Assembly (NCBI GenBank): GCA_001275005.1
Contig: JWZX01003320.1
Location: 1-64,000, forward strand
DNA: 64,000 bases
Origin: Chrysochromulina tobinii
Taxonomy: Eukaryota
Direction: 5' to 3'
Below the pieces are notes generated by a model. The model had not been told where the DNA came from. It saw nothing but the letters and a program-made list of their open reading frames with translations, and did not search any database. Positions 50,147-61,082 of this stretch are shown in pieces. The position numbers and the translations under genes are program-made. The number at the start of each line of letters is the position of its first letter. Position 1 is the stretch's first letter.

Positions 50147-51874
50147 TCAGAGTGCTCCTCTCATCCAAGCTCTCCAGGCATCTAGATCAAAGGCAAAGGA
50201 GCAGCCATGGAAGGCATTATCACCGATGCTCGTGAGGCCGGCGGGCAGCTCGATCGATGTCAACGAGGAGCAGCCATTGAAAGCCCACTCACCAATGCTT
50301 GTGAGGCCAGCGGGCAGCTCGATCGATGTCAACGAGGAGCAGCCAGAGAAGGCGAACTCACCGATGCTCGTGAGGCCGGCGGGCAGCTCGATCGATGTCA
50401 ACGAGGAGCAGCCAGAGAAGGCGAACTCACCGATGCTCGTGAGGCCGGCGGGCAGCTCGATCGACGTCAACGAGGAGCAGCCATGGAAGGCAAACACACC
50501 GAAGCTCGTGAGGCCGGCGGGCAGCTTGATCGATGTCAACGAGGAGCAGCCACGGAAGGCGCCATCACCGATGCTCGTGAGGCCGGCGGGCAGCTCGATC
50601 GACGTCAACGAGGAGCAGCCATGGAAGGCGAACTCACCGATGCTCGTGAGGCCGGCGGGCAGCTCGATCGACGTCAACGAGGAGCAGCCATGGAAGGCAA
50701 ACACACCGAGGCTCGTGAGGCCGGCGGGCAGCTCGATCGACGTCAACGAGGAGCAGCCACGGAAGGCGTACTCACCGATGCTCGTGAGGCCGGGGGGCAG
50801 CGCGATTGACGTCAACGAGGAGCAGCGAGAGAAGGCGTAACCACCGATGCTCGTGAGGCCGGCGGGCAGCTCGATCGACGTCATCGAGGAGCAGCCCTCG
50901 AAGGCCCACCTACCGATGCTCGTGAGGCCGGTGGGCAGCGCGATCGACCTCATGGACATGTCCCCACGGAACGCGTACGCCGGCACGCGCGCCTCGCCGT
51001 GGCGCAGCGTGAATGCCGCGAGCAGCACCTCCATCGGCGCCTCGCCCTCGCCGCGGATGCACGCGCGCACCCCCGCCATCGGGTATGAGTAGTCAACCGA
51101 AGACGCCACACTCCTCAACGCGGCCACGTCCACCTCGAAGCCGCCCAGCCCCGTCACCTTTGCCAGGTTGGGCAGCCCGCGCGACGCGTCGACCGCGTCG
51201 GCGAAGAGGCGACCGGCGGCGCGGCTGTCTGAGAGGTCGAGCTCGGTCACCTCGACGAGGTTGCTCGTGAGCGGCAGGCCGACGCGTGCGCACAGCCGAA
51301 AAAAAAAAGCGGGGCCTGCCACGGGGCGCGTCCATGAGGTCTCCCGGGTCGCCGCATGGAAGTAGTACACGCGGCCGTCGGGCGCACTCGTCGCCATCCA
51401 CCCCTCGGGCAGCGCCGACTCCGGCGCAGGAACGCTGACCGGCGGGGCGGGTGGCGCTACCGCCGGCGAGCTGCTGCCCGGCGATTGGCGTGCGGCCTCG
51501 AGGCGCCGCAACACGTCCGCTCCGAGGGCGATCGCCGCGCCCGTGAGAGGGCGCGTCGACGACGTCGCCGCCGCCGGCGACGGTGCGGGCACCTCTGGCG
51601 TGGGCTCCGCTGCGTCGCTGCCCTCGTCGCTTTCAAATCCGCCGGGTGAGTAGAAGCTGCTCGGCTCGCCATCCCGCACGGCGGCAAGGCCTCGGGCCTC
51701 CGCCTCCAGATCAAACGAGTCGTCCGAACCGCCGTCGTCGAGGCCTCCGGCGCCGAGGCTGAATCCGCCCTCTCTGGGCTGCGCCGGCGCTCCGACCACA
51801 TCGTCCTCGTCCTCCGAGAGGTCTGACAGCTGTCCAAGGTCCGCGGCGTCGACCGGCTCTCGGCGTCGAAACAT
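50147..51874 (-). CDS. WW domain + BspA-type (LRR_5) protein, about 11-12 repeats of 23 aa
   Basis: LPEGWMATSAPDGRVYYFHAATRETSWTRP; repeat unit xxAFxGCSSLTSIELPAGLTSIG. Confidence 0.88.
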   Translation of the reverse strand: MFRRREPVDAADLGQLSDLSEDEDDVVGAPAQPREGGFSLGAGGLDDGGSDDSFDLEAEARGLAAVRDGEPSSFYSPGGFESDEGSDAAEPTPEVPAPSPAAATSSTRPLTGAAIALGADVLRRLEAARQSPGSSSPAVAPPAPPVSVPAPESALPEGWMATSAPDGRVYYFHAATRETSWTRPVAGPAFFFRLCARVGLPLTSNLVEVTELDLSDSRAAGRLFADAVDASRGLPNLAKVTGLGGFEVDVAALRSVASSVDYSYPMAGVRACIRGEGEAPMEVLLAAFTLRHGEARVPAYAFRGDMSMRSIALPTGLTSIGRWAFEGCSSMTSIELPAGLTSIGGYAFSRCSSLTSIALPPGLTSIGEYAFRGCSSLTSIELPAGLTSLGVFAFHGCSSLTSIELPAGLTSIGEFAFHGCSSLTSIELPAGLTSIGDGAFRGCSSLTSIKLPAGLTSFGVFAFHGCSSLTSIELPAGLTSIGEFAFSGCSSLTSIELPAGLTSIGEFAFSGCSSLTSIELPAGLTSIGEWAFNGCSSLTSIELPAGLTSIGDNAFHGCSFAFDLDAWRAWMRGAL

Positions 51875-52338
51875 TGGAGCGGTCCGTCCAGCTCCTCGCG
51901 CCTGGCGGGTAGTCGGCGTCCTCTTTTATACTGTGGTGTCTTGGGTGTCGAATTCTAAACATTGGCTGTGAACACACAACGCGTTGAGGGAGCTGCCGTG
52001 AAGTAAAGTCCGAGAGTATGGCCTGCAGTTACACTGGATTACAAACCTCACCCCTCCACACCAAGCGTGCAAACACCGCCTTTCGCTTTCCCGCTCTTTC
52101 CCGCTCGCGGCGACTCGACGCAATTTGCAATTTTGGGTGCGGCGCTTAGGGTGGGCGGTGCAAGGTTTCTTTTATTGTGGTTTGTGCGTGGAGATGCGCG
52201 TGTCGTGCTCGTGCGTTGTGGACACGCGTAGCTGGTGTGTGTACAGTGTACGAGCCGCGCCTGGGATGTGTTGACCCTCAGTTGCAGTTGTTCTGTGCGC
52301 ACTGTATAGTCCACAATGCTCGTGAGGCCGGCAGCAGC

Positions 52339-54933
52339 TCAATGAACTTTTGGTGCAAAGCATAAGATGGCGCTGGGAGGCACTGCAGCAGATCTGAGAA
52401 TGCTGTCATCGAAGCCGGCGGGCAGCGCGATCGACGTCAACGAGGAGCAGCCATAGAAGGCGCCCCCACCAAGGCTCTTGAGGCCGGCGGGCAGCTCGAT
52501 CGATGTCATCGAGGAGCAGCCACTGAAGGTGCCCTCACCGATGCTCATGAGGCCAGCGGGCAGCGCGATCGACGTCATCGAGGAGCAGCCGTCGAAGGCG
52601 TGCAGACCGAGGCTTGTGAGGCCCACGGGCAGCGCGATCGACGTCAACGAGGAGCAGCCATAGAAGGCGCCCCAATCGATGCTCATGAGGCCAGCGGGCA
52701 GCTCAATCGATGTCATTGAGGAGCAGCCATAGAAGGCGCTCTCGCTGATGCTCGTGAGGCCGGCGGGCAGCTCGATCGATGTCATTGAGGAGCAGCCATG
52801 GAAGGCGTGCTCACCGATGCTCGTGAGGCCGGCGGGCAGCGCGACCGATGTCAATGAGGAGCAGCCATAGAAGGCGCCCCAATCGATGCTCATGAGGCCG
52901 GCGGGCAGCGCGACCGATGTCAATGAGGAGCAGCCATAGAAGGCGCCCCAATCGATGCTCATGAGGCCGGCGGGCAGCGCGACCGATGCCATTGAGGAGC
53001 AGCCATAGAAGGCGCTCTCGCTGATGCTCGTGAGGCCGGCGGGCAGCGCGATTGATGTCATGGAGGAGCAGCCATAGAAGGCGCTCCTACCGATGCTCAT
53101 GAGGCCGGCAGGCAGCTTGATCGACGTCATCGAGGAGCAGCCCTGGAAGGCGTGCAGACCAAGGTTTGTGAGGCACACGGGCAGCTCAATCGATGTCATC
53201 GAGGAGCAGCCACGGAAGGTGCCCTCACCGATGCTCGTGAGGCCGGCGGGCAGCTCGATCAACGTCAACGAGGAGCAGCCACGGAAGGCGTGCTCACCGA
53301 GGCTCGTGAGGCCGGCGGGCAGCTCGATCGACGTCAACAAGGAGCAGCCCTCGAAGGCGCTCTCACTGAGGCCTGTGAGGCCGGCAGGCAGCTCGATCAA
53401 CGTCATTGCAGAGCAGTGAGCGAAGGCGTGCTCACCGAGGCTCGTGAGGCCGGCGGGCAGCTCGATCGACGTCATCGAGGAGCAGCCATCGAAGGCGCCC
53501 CAATCGAGGCTCATGAGGCCGGCAGGCAGCTCGATCGACGTCATTGAGGAGCAGCCAGAGAAGGCGTGCTCACCGATGCTCATGAGGCCAGCAGGCAGCG
53601 CGATCGATGTCATCGAGGAGCAACCATAGAAGGTGCACTCACCGATGCTCATGAGGCCAGCGGGCAGCGCGATCGATGTCAATGAGGAGCAGCGAGCGAA
53701 GGCAAAACCACCGAGGCTCGTGAGGCCGGCAGGCAGCTCGATCGACGTCATCGAGGAGCAGCCACGGAAGGCGTGCTCACCGAGGCTCGTGAGGCCGGCG
53801 GGCAGCTCGATCGACGTCAACGAGGAGCAACCACGGAAGGCGCTCCTACCGATGCTCGTGAGGCCGGCGGGCATCGCGATCGACGTCATCGATGTGTCAT
53901 CGCGGAACGCGCCTGGCGGCACGCGTGCCTCTCCGTCGCGCAGCGCGCACGTGGCGAGCAGCACCTCCATCGGCGCCTCGCCCTCGCCGCGGATGCACGC
54001 GCGCACCCCTGTCATCGGATACGACGGCGGACCCTCTTCATCCTCTTCCAATACATCCGAAGACTCCACATGCCTCAGCGCGGCCACGTCCACCTCGAAG
54101 CCGCCCAGCCCCGTCACCTTTGCCAGGTTGGGCAGCCCGTGCGACGCGTCGACCGCGTCGGCGATGAGGTGACCGGCGGCGCGGCTGTCTGAGAGGTCGA
54201 GCTCGGTCACCTCGACGAGGTTGCTCGTGAGCGGCAGGCCGACGCGTGCGCACAGCCGCGCGCACAGGACGCGCCGCGCTCGCGCGCGCCACGCGAGGCT
54301 CACGCCCTTGAGCGCGCACAGCGTCGGTACATCGGCGTCCGCGAGGGCGTCCTCGAGGGCGTCCTCGTTGACGAGCTGCGTCGAGAGCCAGCACACGGGC
54401 GCTGGCGGTGTGGGTGCGTCGGCCGTTCGCAGTGCAGTGGCGTCGTGCTGAGCGTCTTGCGCGTACAGCGGCTCCTCCGTCGCCGCCTGCCGCTCCGTCT
54501 CGGTGGGGAAGTCGCTCACGACGCCCAGCAGCCGCCCGAGCTCCGGGCCACTCTTGCTGGCGAGGTGGCCGGTGCACAGGGAACGCGAGAGGAGTCGGAG
54601 AAGCTCGACGTCCACGTCGAGAAAGTGCGCGCCGTGCAACAGCTGCGCGAGCTGCGCGAGCGAGCACCCCTCCAGCGCCCTGCCGTCCTCCGCACCGCCC
54701 TCGGCGACGCGCGAAAGCGTGCGGAGCGCAGCCGCAGGCACCAGAGTGGCGAACGCCCCCTCGGCGCCGCCCGTGTCGCTCACCCAGTTGGCGAGCGCCG
54801 CCGATCGCGCCGCGGCCGAACGGGACCATGCGACCACCTCGCCCTCGGCGCTTCGCACCCTCACATCGCCGTCGTCGCCGTCGCCGCCCATATCATCGCC
54901 ACCTCTGACGTCGCCGTCCCGAAGACGCTTCAT
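52339..54933 (-). CDS. Skp1-like + F-box-like + BspA-type LRR protein, 22 repeats
   Basis: VRVRSAEGE..AAARS..LAQLLHGAHFLDV..KSGPELGRLLGVVSDF (Skp1-like); NEDALEDALADADVPTLCALKGVSLAWR (F-box-like); 69-bp tandem repeats. Confidence 0.85.
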   Translation of the reverse strand: MKRLRDGDVRGGDDMGGDGDDGDVRVRSAEGEVVAWSRSAAARSAALANWVSDTGGAEGAFATLVPAAALRTLSRVAEGGAEDGRALEGCSLAQLAQLLHGAHFLDVDVELLRLLSRSLCTGHLASKSGPELGRLLGVVSDFPTETERQAATEEPLYAQDAQHDATALRTADAPTPPAPVCWLSTQLVNEDALEDALADADVPTLCALKGVSLAWRARARRVLCARLCARVGLPLTSNLVEVTELDLSDSRAAGHLIADAVDASHGLPNLAKVTGLGGFEVDVAALRHVESSDVLEEDEEGPPSYPMTGVRACIRGEGEAPMEVLLATCALRDGEARVPPGAFRDDTSMTSIAMPAGLTSIGRSAFRGCSSLTSIELPAGLTSLGEHAFRGCSSMTSIELPAGLTSLGGFAFARCSSLTSIALPAGLMSIGECTFYGCSSMTSIALPAGLMSIGEHAFSGCSSMTSIELPAGLMSLDWGAFDGCSSMTSIELPAGLTSLGEHAFAHCSAMTLIELPAGLTGLSESAFEGCSLLTSIELPAGLTSLGEHAFRGCSSLTLIELPAGLTSIGEGTFRGCSSMTSIELPVCLTNLGLHAFQGCSSMTSIKLPAGLMSIGRSAFYGCSSMTSIALPAGLTSISESAFYGCSSMASVALPAGLMSIDWGAFYGCSSLTSVALPAGLMSIDWGAFYGCSSLTSVALPAGLTSIGEHAFHGCSSMTSIELPAGLTSISESAFYGCSSMTSIELPAGLMSIDWGAFYGCSSLTSIALPVGLTSLGLHAFDGCSSMTSIALPAGLMSIGEGTFSGCSSMTSIELPAGLKSLGGGAFYGCSSLTSIALPAGFDDSILRSAAVPPSAILCFAPKVH

Positions 54934-55175
54934 GGTGCAGAACTTCTTTTCCCAAGAAAAGATAACAAAACAAGTGTTTTTGGCCCCGCCGGCGGCGAGG
55001 CTCGCGAGTGCTCGGTCTTCTGCAAGGGGGGAGCCTCGCTGCCCGCAAATTCACACCTGGAACCGTTAATGAAGTGTTCTTTTGGGGGACTCGATCGAAA
55101 ACATGGAGTTGGTTTGGCAATCCGACTTGCGAACCATAGCGCGGTGCGGAAGCCCTTGCGCTTGCTGCTGTCAGG

Positions 55176-58100
55176 ATGAGCATGTTCTCGCTGAGCATGC
55201 TCTCGAATCGCGGCCGTCCGAGCTCTTCGGACGCCGCCGAGATCGCAGGCTTGCCGTTCGCAGCGGCCCTCAACGTCAGCCCCGGCGTGCCGTCCTCGTC
55301 GAAGCAACGTGCGCGAGCGTCCAGCCCTCCTAAGCCGCCGCCCGTCGCAGTAGCCAGCCCACCGCGGCCGTCGACGCCGGACCAGCCGAGCCCGGCGGAG
55401 GCCTTCGCGAAGAAGTGGGAGGTGGAGCAGACCAAGAAGCAGATGCTTCTCGACGAGCTCGAGCTGGTGCGCGCGCAAGTCTCCGAGTTGCTCGAAGACC
55501 AGCGGCGCAGCGAGCATCTGAATGCGACGCCGTCCGAGCACATCGTGCTGTCCGCTCACCACGCCGGCGAGGCGCTCGCGCGCAGCCTCGCATGGTGCTG
55601 CGAATGGATGAGCGCCGTCCTCCGCGGATGCGTGGCCGGTGCCGCCGGCAGCCGCAGCCGGGCGGCCCGCCCTCTCCATGCGCTGCCTCGCGATGACGAG
55701 GAGGACTCGGTGGCGGGGCGGGCGAGCTCGCTGCTGGGCGAGGAGGGCGCGAACGACACGCACCTCGCCCGCAAGATGCGTCGGAGCGCGCCGGCGCGGG
55801 GCCTGGTGACGAAACCCGAGATTGCGTCCAAGGGCGGCGTGACGAAACCCGAGAGCGCATCCAAGGGCGGTGTGACGAAACCGAGCCCGAAGGGCGATCC
55901 GAAGCATGCGAGAGTTCCCGAGGATAACCCCGAGCTCGTGGCGGCGATGGGGCGTTGGTGCGCAGGCCACGTGTCCAAGCAGGTGCGTGCGATCTCGCTG
56001 CGATCTCGCTGCGATCTCGACACGATTGCAAAACCTCGACACGCCTCGACTCGCCTCTGCATGCCTCGAGTTACCTCGACTTGCCTCGAATGGCCTCGAA
56101 TGGCCTCGAGTTGCCTCGCAGGCGTGGGATTTGAGCATGCCACTGATTGCATGCTGATTGCATGCTGATTGCATGCGGATTGCATGCTGATTGCATGCTG
56201 ATTGCATGCTGATTGCATGTCGCAGGCGTGGGATCTGAGCATGCTCGTCCTCATCATCTACTCTTGCGTCGTGATTCCCTTCCGGATCGGCATGTCAGTA
56301 CCGAACCCGACGGGCGTCAGCCAGGTGCGATCTGGCCCGAGATTGCGATCTGGCCCGAGATTGCACCTCTGATCGCACCTCCTTGCACCTCCTTGCGCCC
56401 GATGGTCCTCTCTGTGTGTGTGCCACGTGGCTTGCCATGTGACCCAAGTGACACGCGTGCCCCTCTGCAGACGATCGAGCGTTGCATCACGCTCCTATGA
56501 TTGCCTCTGATGACCTCTGATGACCTCTGATTGCCTCTGATGACCGCTGATTGCCTCTGCAGACGATCGAGCGGTGCATCACGCTCCTCTTCATCGTCGA
56601 CCTGTGCCTCAACTTCAACACCGCCTACCTCGACGGATCGCACTTCATCGTCGACCGGTCCCTGATCGCGCGTAACTACCTCATGGGATGGTTCTGGATC
56701 GATCTCGCCTCTTCGATCCCCTTCGAGGACCTTCTACACCTCTTAGTGCTCCTCACCGGCAACGAGGAGGCGTTCTCCGGTCAGCCAGATTGCTCTCAGC
56801 CTGCTCTGATGACCTCTGATGACCTCTGATGACCTCTTTTGACCTCTGTTGACCTCTGATGACCTCTGAGTGCCCTCTGAGTGCCCTCAGAATCCTCTGA
56901 GTGGGACCGATGCCCCTTCCTTATTAGGCAACCCGGCGGCCCTCAAACTCCTTCGTGGCCTACGCCTTGTGCGACTGCTGCGACTGCTCAAGCTGCTCAA
57001 GCTGCAGCAGCACATCGATACACTCGAGGACTATCTCGAGGTTGACCTCGGCTTCTTACAGGTGCCACTGATTGCCACTGATGGCCACTGATTGCCACTC
57101 GAGGACTATCTCGAGGTTGACCTCGGCTTCTTACAGGTGCCACTGATTGCCACTGATTGCCACTGATTGCCCCTCGAGGACTATCTCGAGGTTGACCTCG
57201 GCTTCTTACAGGTGCCACTGATTGCCACTGATTGCCCCTCGAGGACTATCTCGAGGTTGACCTCGGCTCCTTACAGGTGCCACTGATTGCCACTGATTGC
57301 CACTTGATTGCCACTTGTTTGCACCTCGATGACATCTGAGTGCGCCCGAGTGCATCTAAGTACGCCTGAGTGCATCTGAGTGCGCCTGCTAGCACCCCTC
57401 GATTGCATGCGCATGCAGATCCTCAAGATCGTCACTGATTGCCACTGATTGCATGCGCGTGCAGATCCTCAAGATGGTCACTGATTGCCACTGATTGCCA
57501 CTGATTGCATGCGCGTGCAGATCCTCAAGATGGTCGCTATGATCCTCTACCTGATGCATATCCTCGGCTGCTTTTGGTTCTTCGTCGCGACCAACTCGGG
57601 CTATGAGGGCACGCTCGAGGCCGGTGACACGTGGCTCGCGAGGTACCACTGATTGCAACTGATTGCCACTTGAGTGCACTGATTGCCACTCGATGCCGGT
57701 GACACGTGGCTCGCGAGGTACGATGGCGGCTCAGGGCTCACCATCCCCCTCGGCATGCAAGTGCTCACCACGACGCCCGGACTCCCCACAGGTACGATGG
57801 CGGCTCAGGGCTCACCGCCCCTCTCGAGACCCAGTACCTCTTCTCCATCTACTGGGCGCTGATGACGCTCACCACCGTCGGCTACGGCGACATCACACCC
57901 GCCAACGACTCCGAGCGCCTGTAATCACTGATTGCCACTGATTGCCTCATGAGCGCCTGTAATCACACCCGCCAACGACTCCGAGCGCCTGTAATCACTG
58001 ATTGCCACTGATTGCCTCATGAGCGCCTGTAATCACACCCGCCAACGACTCCGAACGCCTGTGCGCTTCCCGCGCTCTGCCCTCGAGATCGCCTCCTGAT

Positions 58101-60611
58101 CGCATCGAGATCGCATCGAGATCGCATCGTGATTGCATCGAGATCGCATCGAGATCGCATCGTGATCGCATCGTGATTGCATCGAGATTGCCTCATGGTG
58201 TCCCCCTTGCGCGCTCGGCTCCCTGCTGCTCGGCGCGCTCGGCCTCGGCATGCAAGTGCTCACCACGACGCCCCCCCCTCTTCCCCACAGGTACGCGCTC
58301 GGCTCCCTGCTGCTCGGCGCGCTCGTCTTCGGCTTCATGCTCTCGTCGATCGGCGGCTTAGTCAAGGGCCTCGATAAGGAGAATATCCGGCTGCAGCACA
58401 AGATGGATGAGGTCAAGGAGTTCACCAGATGGCATAAGATGCCTAGTGACCTCTCCTCGCGCGTGCGCAAGTAGGAGGATTGCTGATGACCTCTAATGAC
58501 CACTGATGACCTCTGATGACCTCTGATGACCGCTGATGACCTCTGATTGCCTCCCTCATCAAGCACGCTTGGCTCGGGCGGGGCCACGAATGACCACAGA
58601 GTGCACCTCCGACGACCTCTTGAGTGCTTCCGTTGGCCCCCTCCTCCTCCCCAGGTACTACGAGTTCTATTACCACTGATGACCACTGATGACCTCTGAT
58701 GACGTCTGATTACCTCCCTCCTCAGGTACTACGAGTTCTACTACCAGAAGCTCTCCTCGTTGCCCGAGGAGGTGATCCTAGCGCGCGCGCCCAGCTCGCC
58801 CTCGGCATGCAAGTGCTCACCACGACGCCCCCCCACCACCCTCTTCCCCACAGGTGATCCTAGCCGACATGTCGCCCGAGCTCAAGGCATGCAAGTGCTC
58901 ACCACGGCGCCCCCTCACCCTCTTCCCCACAGGTGATCCTAGCCGACATGTCGCCCGAGCTCAAGGCCGACGTCATGGCACACCTGCTCGCGCGCTCGGT
59001 CAGCCAGATCCCTTTCTTTTACGTGCCCGTGCTCGGCGCGAGCGAGCCCGCGCCGCCCGACACGGCGTTCCAAATGGCCATCTACCCGCTCTTGAAGCCC
59101 GTCGTGCGCGAGGCGAAGGAGATCATCATCTCGCGCGGAGATGCACTCTCCGACCTGACCTTCGTGCACAAGGGCACGGTGCATGCCTACGGCCTCTGGA
59201 ACGCCGCACGCCAGCTACGGCCACCCCATATTAGGCAACCCGAGTGGGCAGGCGGCCATCCCATCTTAGGCAGCGGGTCGGCGCTCAGGACGACGCGGCG
59301 TGTCATCGGCCCGCGGACCGCGCGGGTGCTCGCCGACGAGGAGGAGCTCGCGCTCAGGACGGCGCCCAGCTTCGGCCGGCCGTTGCTGACGCTGGCCGAA
59401 ACGGGCGCGCTGCTGAGCGAGGGCGCGCTCACGGAGACGCCGACGAAGATGGCGTACATGGCGGTGCTGCGGACCGAACTGGTGCTGATGGCGCGGTCAG
59501 ACCTGCTCAAAGTCCTGGACGACTTCCCACACGCGCGTTATGAGATTGGAGCCTTCATCAAGGCGGAGATGCTCGAGCGCCTCAAGATGACCTACTTCTC
59601 CCTCCGCTTCCAGGTGACGAACCCGTGCTGATGGAGCCCTGATTGCGGTGACGAACCTTTGCGTGGAGCCCTGATTGCGGTGACGAACCTTCGCGCGGAG
59701 CCTGGATGAAGCCTTTGGTTGGCCAACGGCCCGATTGCCCCACTCATCACCTCTGATGACGACCTCTGATGATGACGATGATGACCTCTGATTGCCCCCC
59801 CCCCCCTAAACAGGTGCGCGAGGCGTACGTCATCTGTGACGAGGAGGTCCGCGCGGTCCGCCTCGCGTACCGCGAGAACAGCTCCAATTACGTCGCCAGC
59901 TTCAACCTCCTCCAGATGGGCGCCTTGCGTCTCCAGATGGGATGGCTCAAACGGCAGATCCAGAAGCTGGCGTCCACGCCCGCGACGGCGCTCGTCCCGT
60001 GCATCTATGGAGCGCCGCCGCGGGCGCCGCCTGCTCCTGCGGCGCATCGGCCGCGCACGCCGACGAAGCTCACCATCGAAGCTCTGGACCGCCTAGTGGG
60101 GAGTGGAATGGGCGTCATGTTGGGCGTCGCTCCCTTTGGTGGCGCCATGTTGGGCATCGCTCCCTTTGGTGGCGCGCTCCTCCCGCGGATCCACTCGCCA
60201 CGCACTAGCCAAGCGGACGCGGCCGCTGCGCTGTCTGCAACGGACCGAGGGCGCATCGACGAGATGACGAAACTCGCGGGCAGCGGCAGCGGCAGCGGCA
60301 GCGCGCGCCAACTGGTCGGGAGCGCGAGGTCGCAATCTGGGAGCGCGAGGTCGCTATCTGGGAGCGCGAGGTCGTACTCTGCGCGGGCGGCGGTGCGCGA
60401 TCTCTCCGTGCGAGATCGCAGCCCGGCGCGCCTGCAGAGGGTCGACGAGGAGGAGGCGGCCCTCGAGCGCAGCGCCGTCCCGGGCGGTGCTGGGGCCGTC
60501 GCCGCCTCCTCGGAGGCGCTACACGGCTTGCGACAGGTCGAGGCCAAGCTAGGAGACGACGAGGCTCGCCTCGCTCTCTTGAACGAGAAGCTCGCGTCCC
60601 TGCTCCGGTAG
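55176..60611 (+). CDS. Voltage-gated K+ channel with C-linker/CNBD (KCNH/HCN-like), 10 exons; introns 55983-56225, 56325-56562, 56780-56927, 57062-57520, 57643-57791, 57921-58290, 58471-58725, 58772-58932, 59614-59813
   Basis: The spliced product gives WDLSMLVLIIYS (S1), WFWIDLASSIPF (S3), RGLRLVRLLRLLK (S4), YWALMTLTTVGYGDITP (pore), a C-linker and a CNBD-like region. All nine GT..AG introns keep the frame. Confidence 0.88.
57062..57520 (+). other. Channel intron, 459 nt: three extra donor+exon copies and two extra acceptor+exon copies with TGATTGCCAC filler
   Basis: CTCGAGGACTATCTCGAGGTTGACCTCGGCTTCTTACAGGTGCCACTG x4 in total; GCAGATCCTCAAGAT x3. Confidence 0.88.
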
Positions 60612-61082
60612 CGCGCCGTCGTGGGCGCACCTGCCCCTTTTGCTCGCCGCAGGGCGTCGGAACACGTGGCAACACTGCCGGTCCGATCGTGCAACACTGC
60701 CAGTGTTGCCAGTGTTGCACGACGTCCGATCGGATCTGGCAACACTGCCGGTCCGATCGTGCTTTCGGGAGGGTGGCCCGCCCGCCCGCCCCTTTTCAGA
60801 ACGCCACCTCTACCGTCCGTGCTGTGACACCTCTGCCATGTGGGTTCGGGATCTGCAGGATCGATTGTGTGTTATAGGGTTAGGGCTTAGGGACCCGCGC
60901 ACGTGATCGTGTAAGACCTGCTCACGTGATCAGCTGATGATATGTGCAATTCCAACTCGTTTCTCAGGACGGGAGGCAGGTGCGGCCGAGCTCAGAGCTT
61001 CCCAGATCCCAGGACGGAGCGCTACGTAAGCAGCAGTAAGGGACGTCGAGATACTAAGGCGGTCTCCGCTCTAGCTCGTACG
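60514..61082 (+). repeat. Copy 1 of a roughly 0.6-kb direct duplication (channel 3' end and UTR), including TAGGGTTAGGGCTTAGGG
   Basis: Highly similar to 61868-62474 by inspection. Confidence 0.9.

Noticed and set aside
49977..50840. Long plus-strand repeat ORFs (PMLVRPAGSSIDVNEEQP)
   Set aside because: These are antisense shadows of the BspA genes.
50200..53915. 69-bp repeats as CRISPR or as a diversity-generating retroelement
   Set aside because: They are in-frame LRR coding units. There is no RT gene or template/variable repeat pair with adenine-specific differences.
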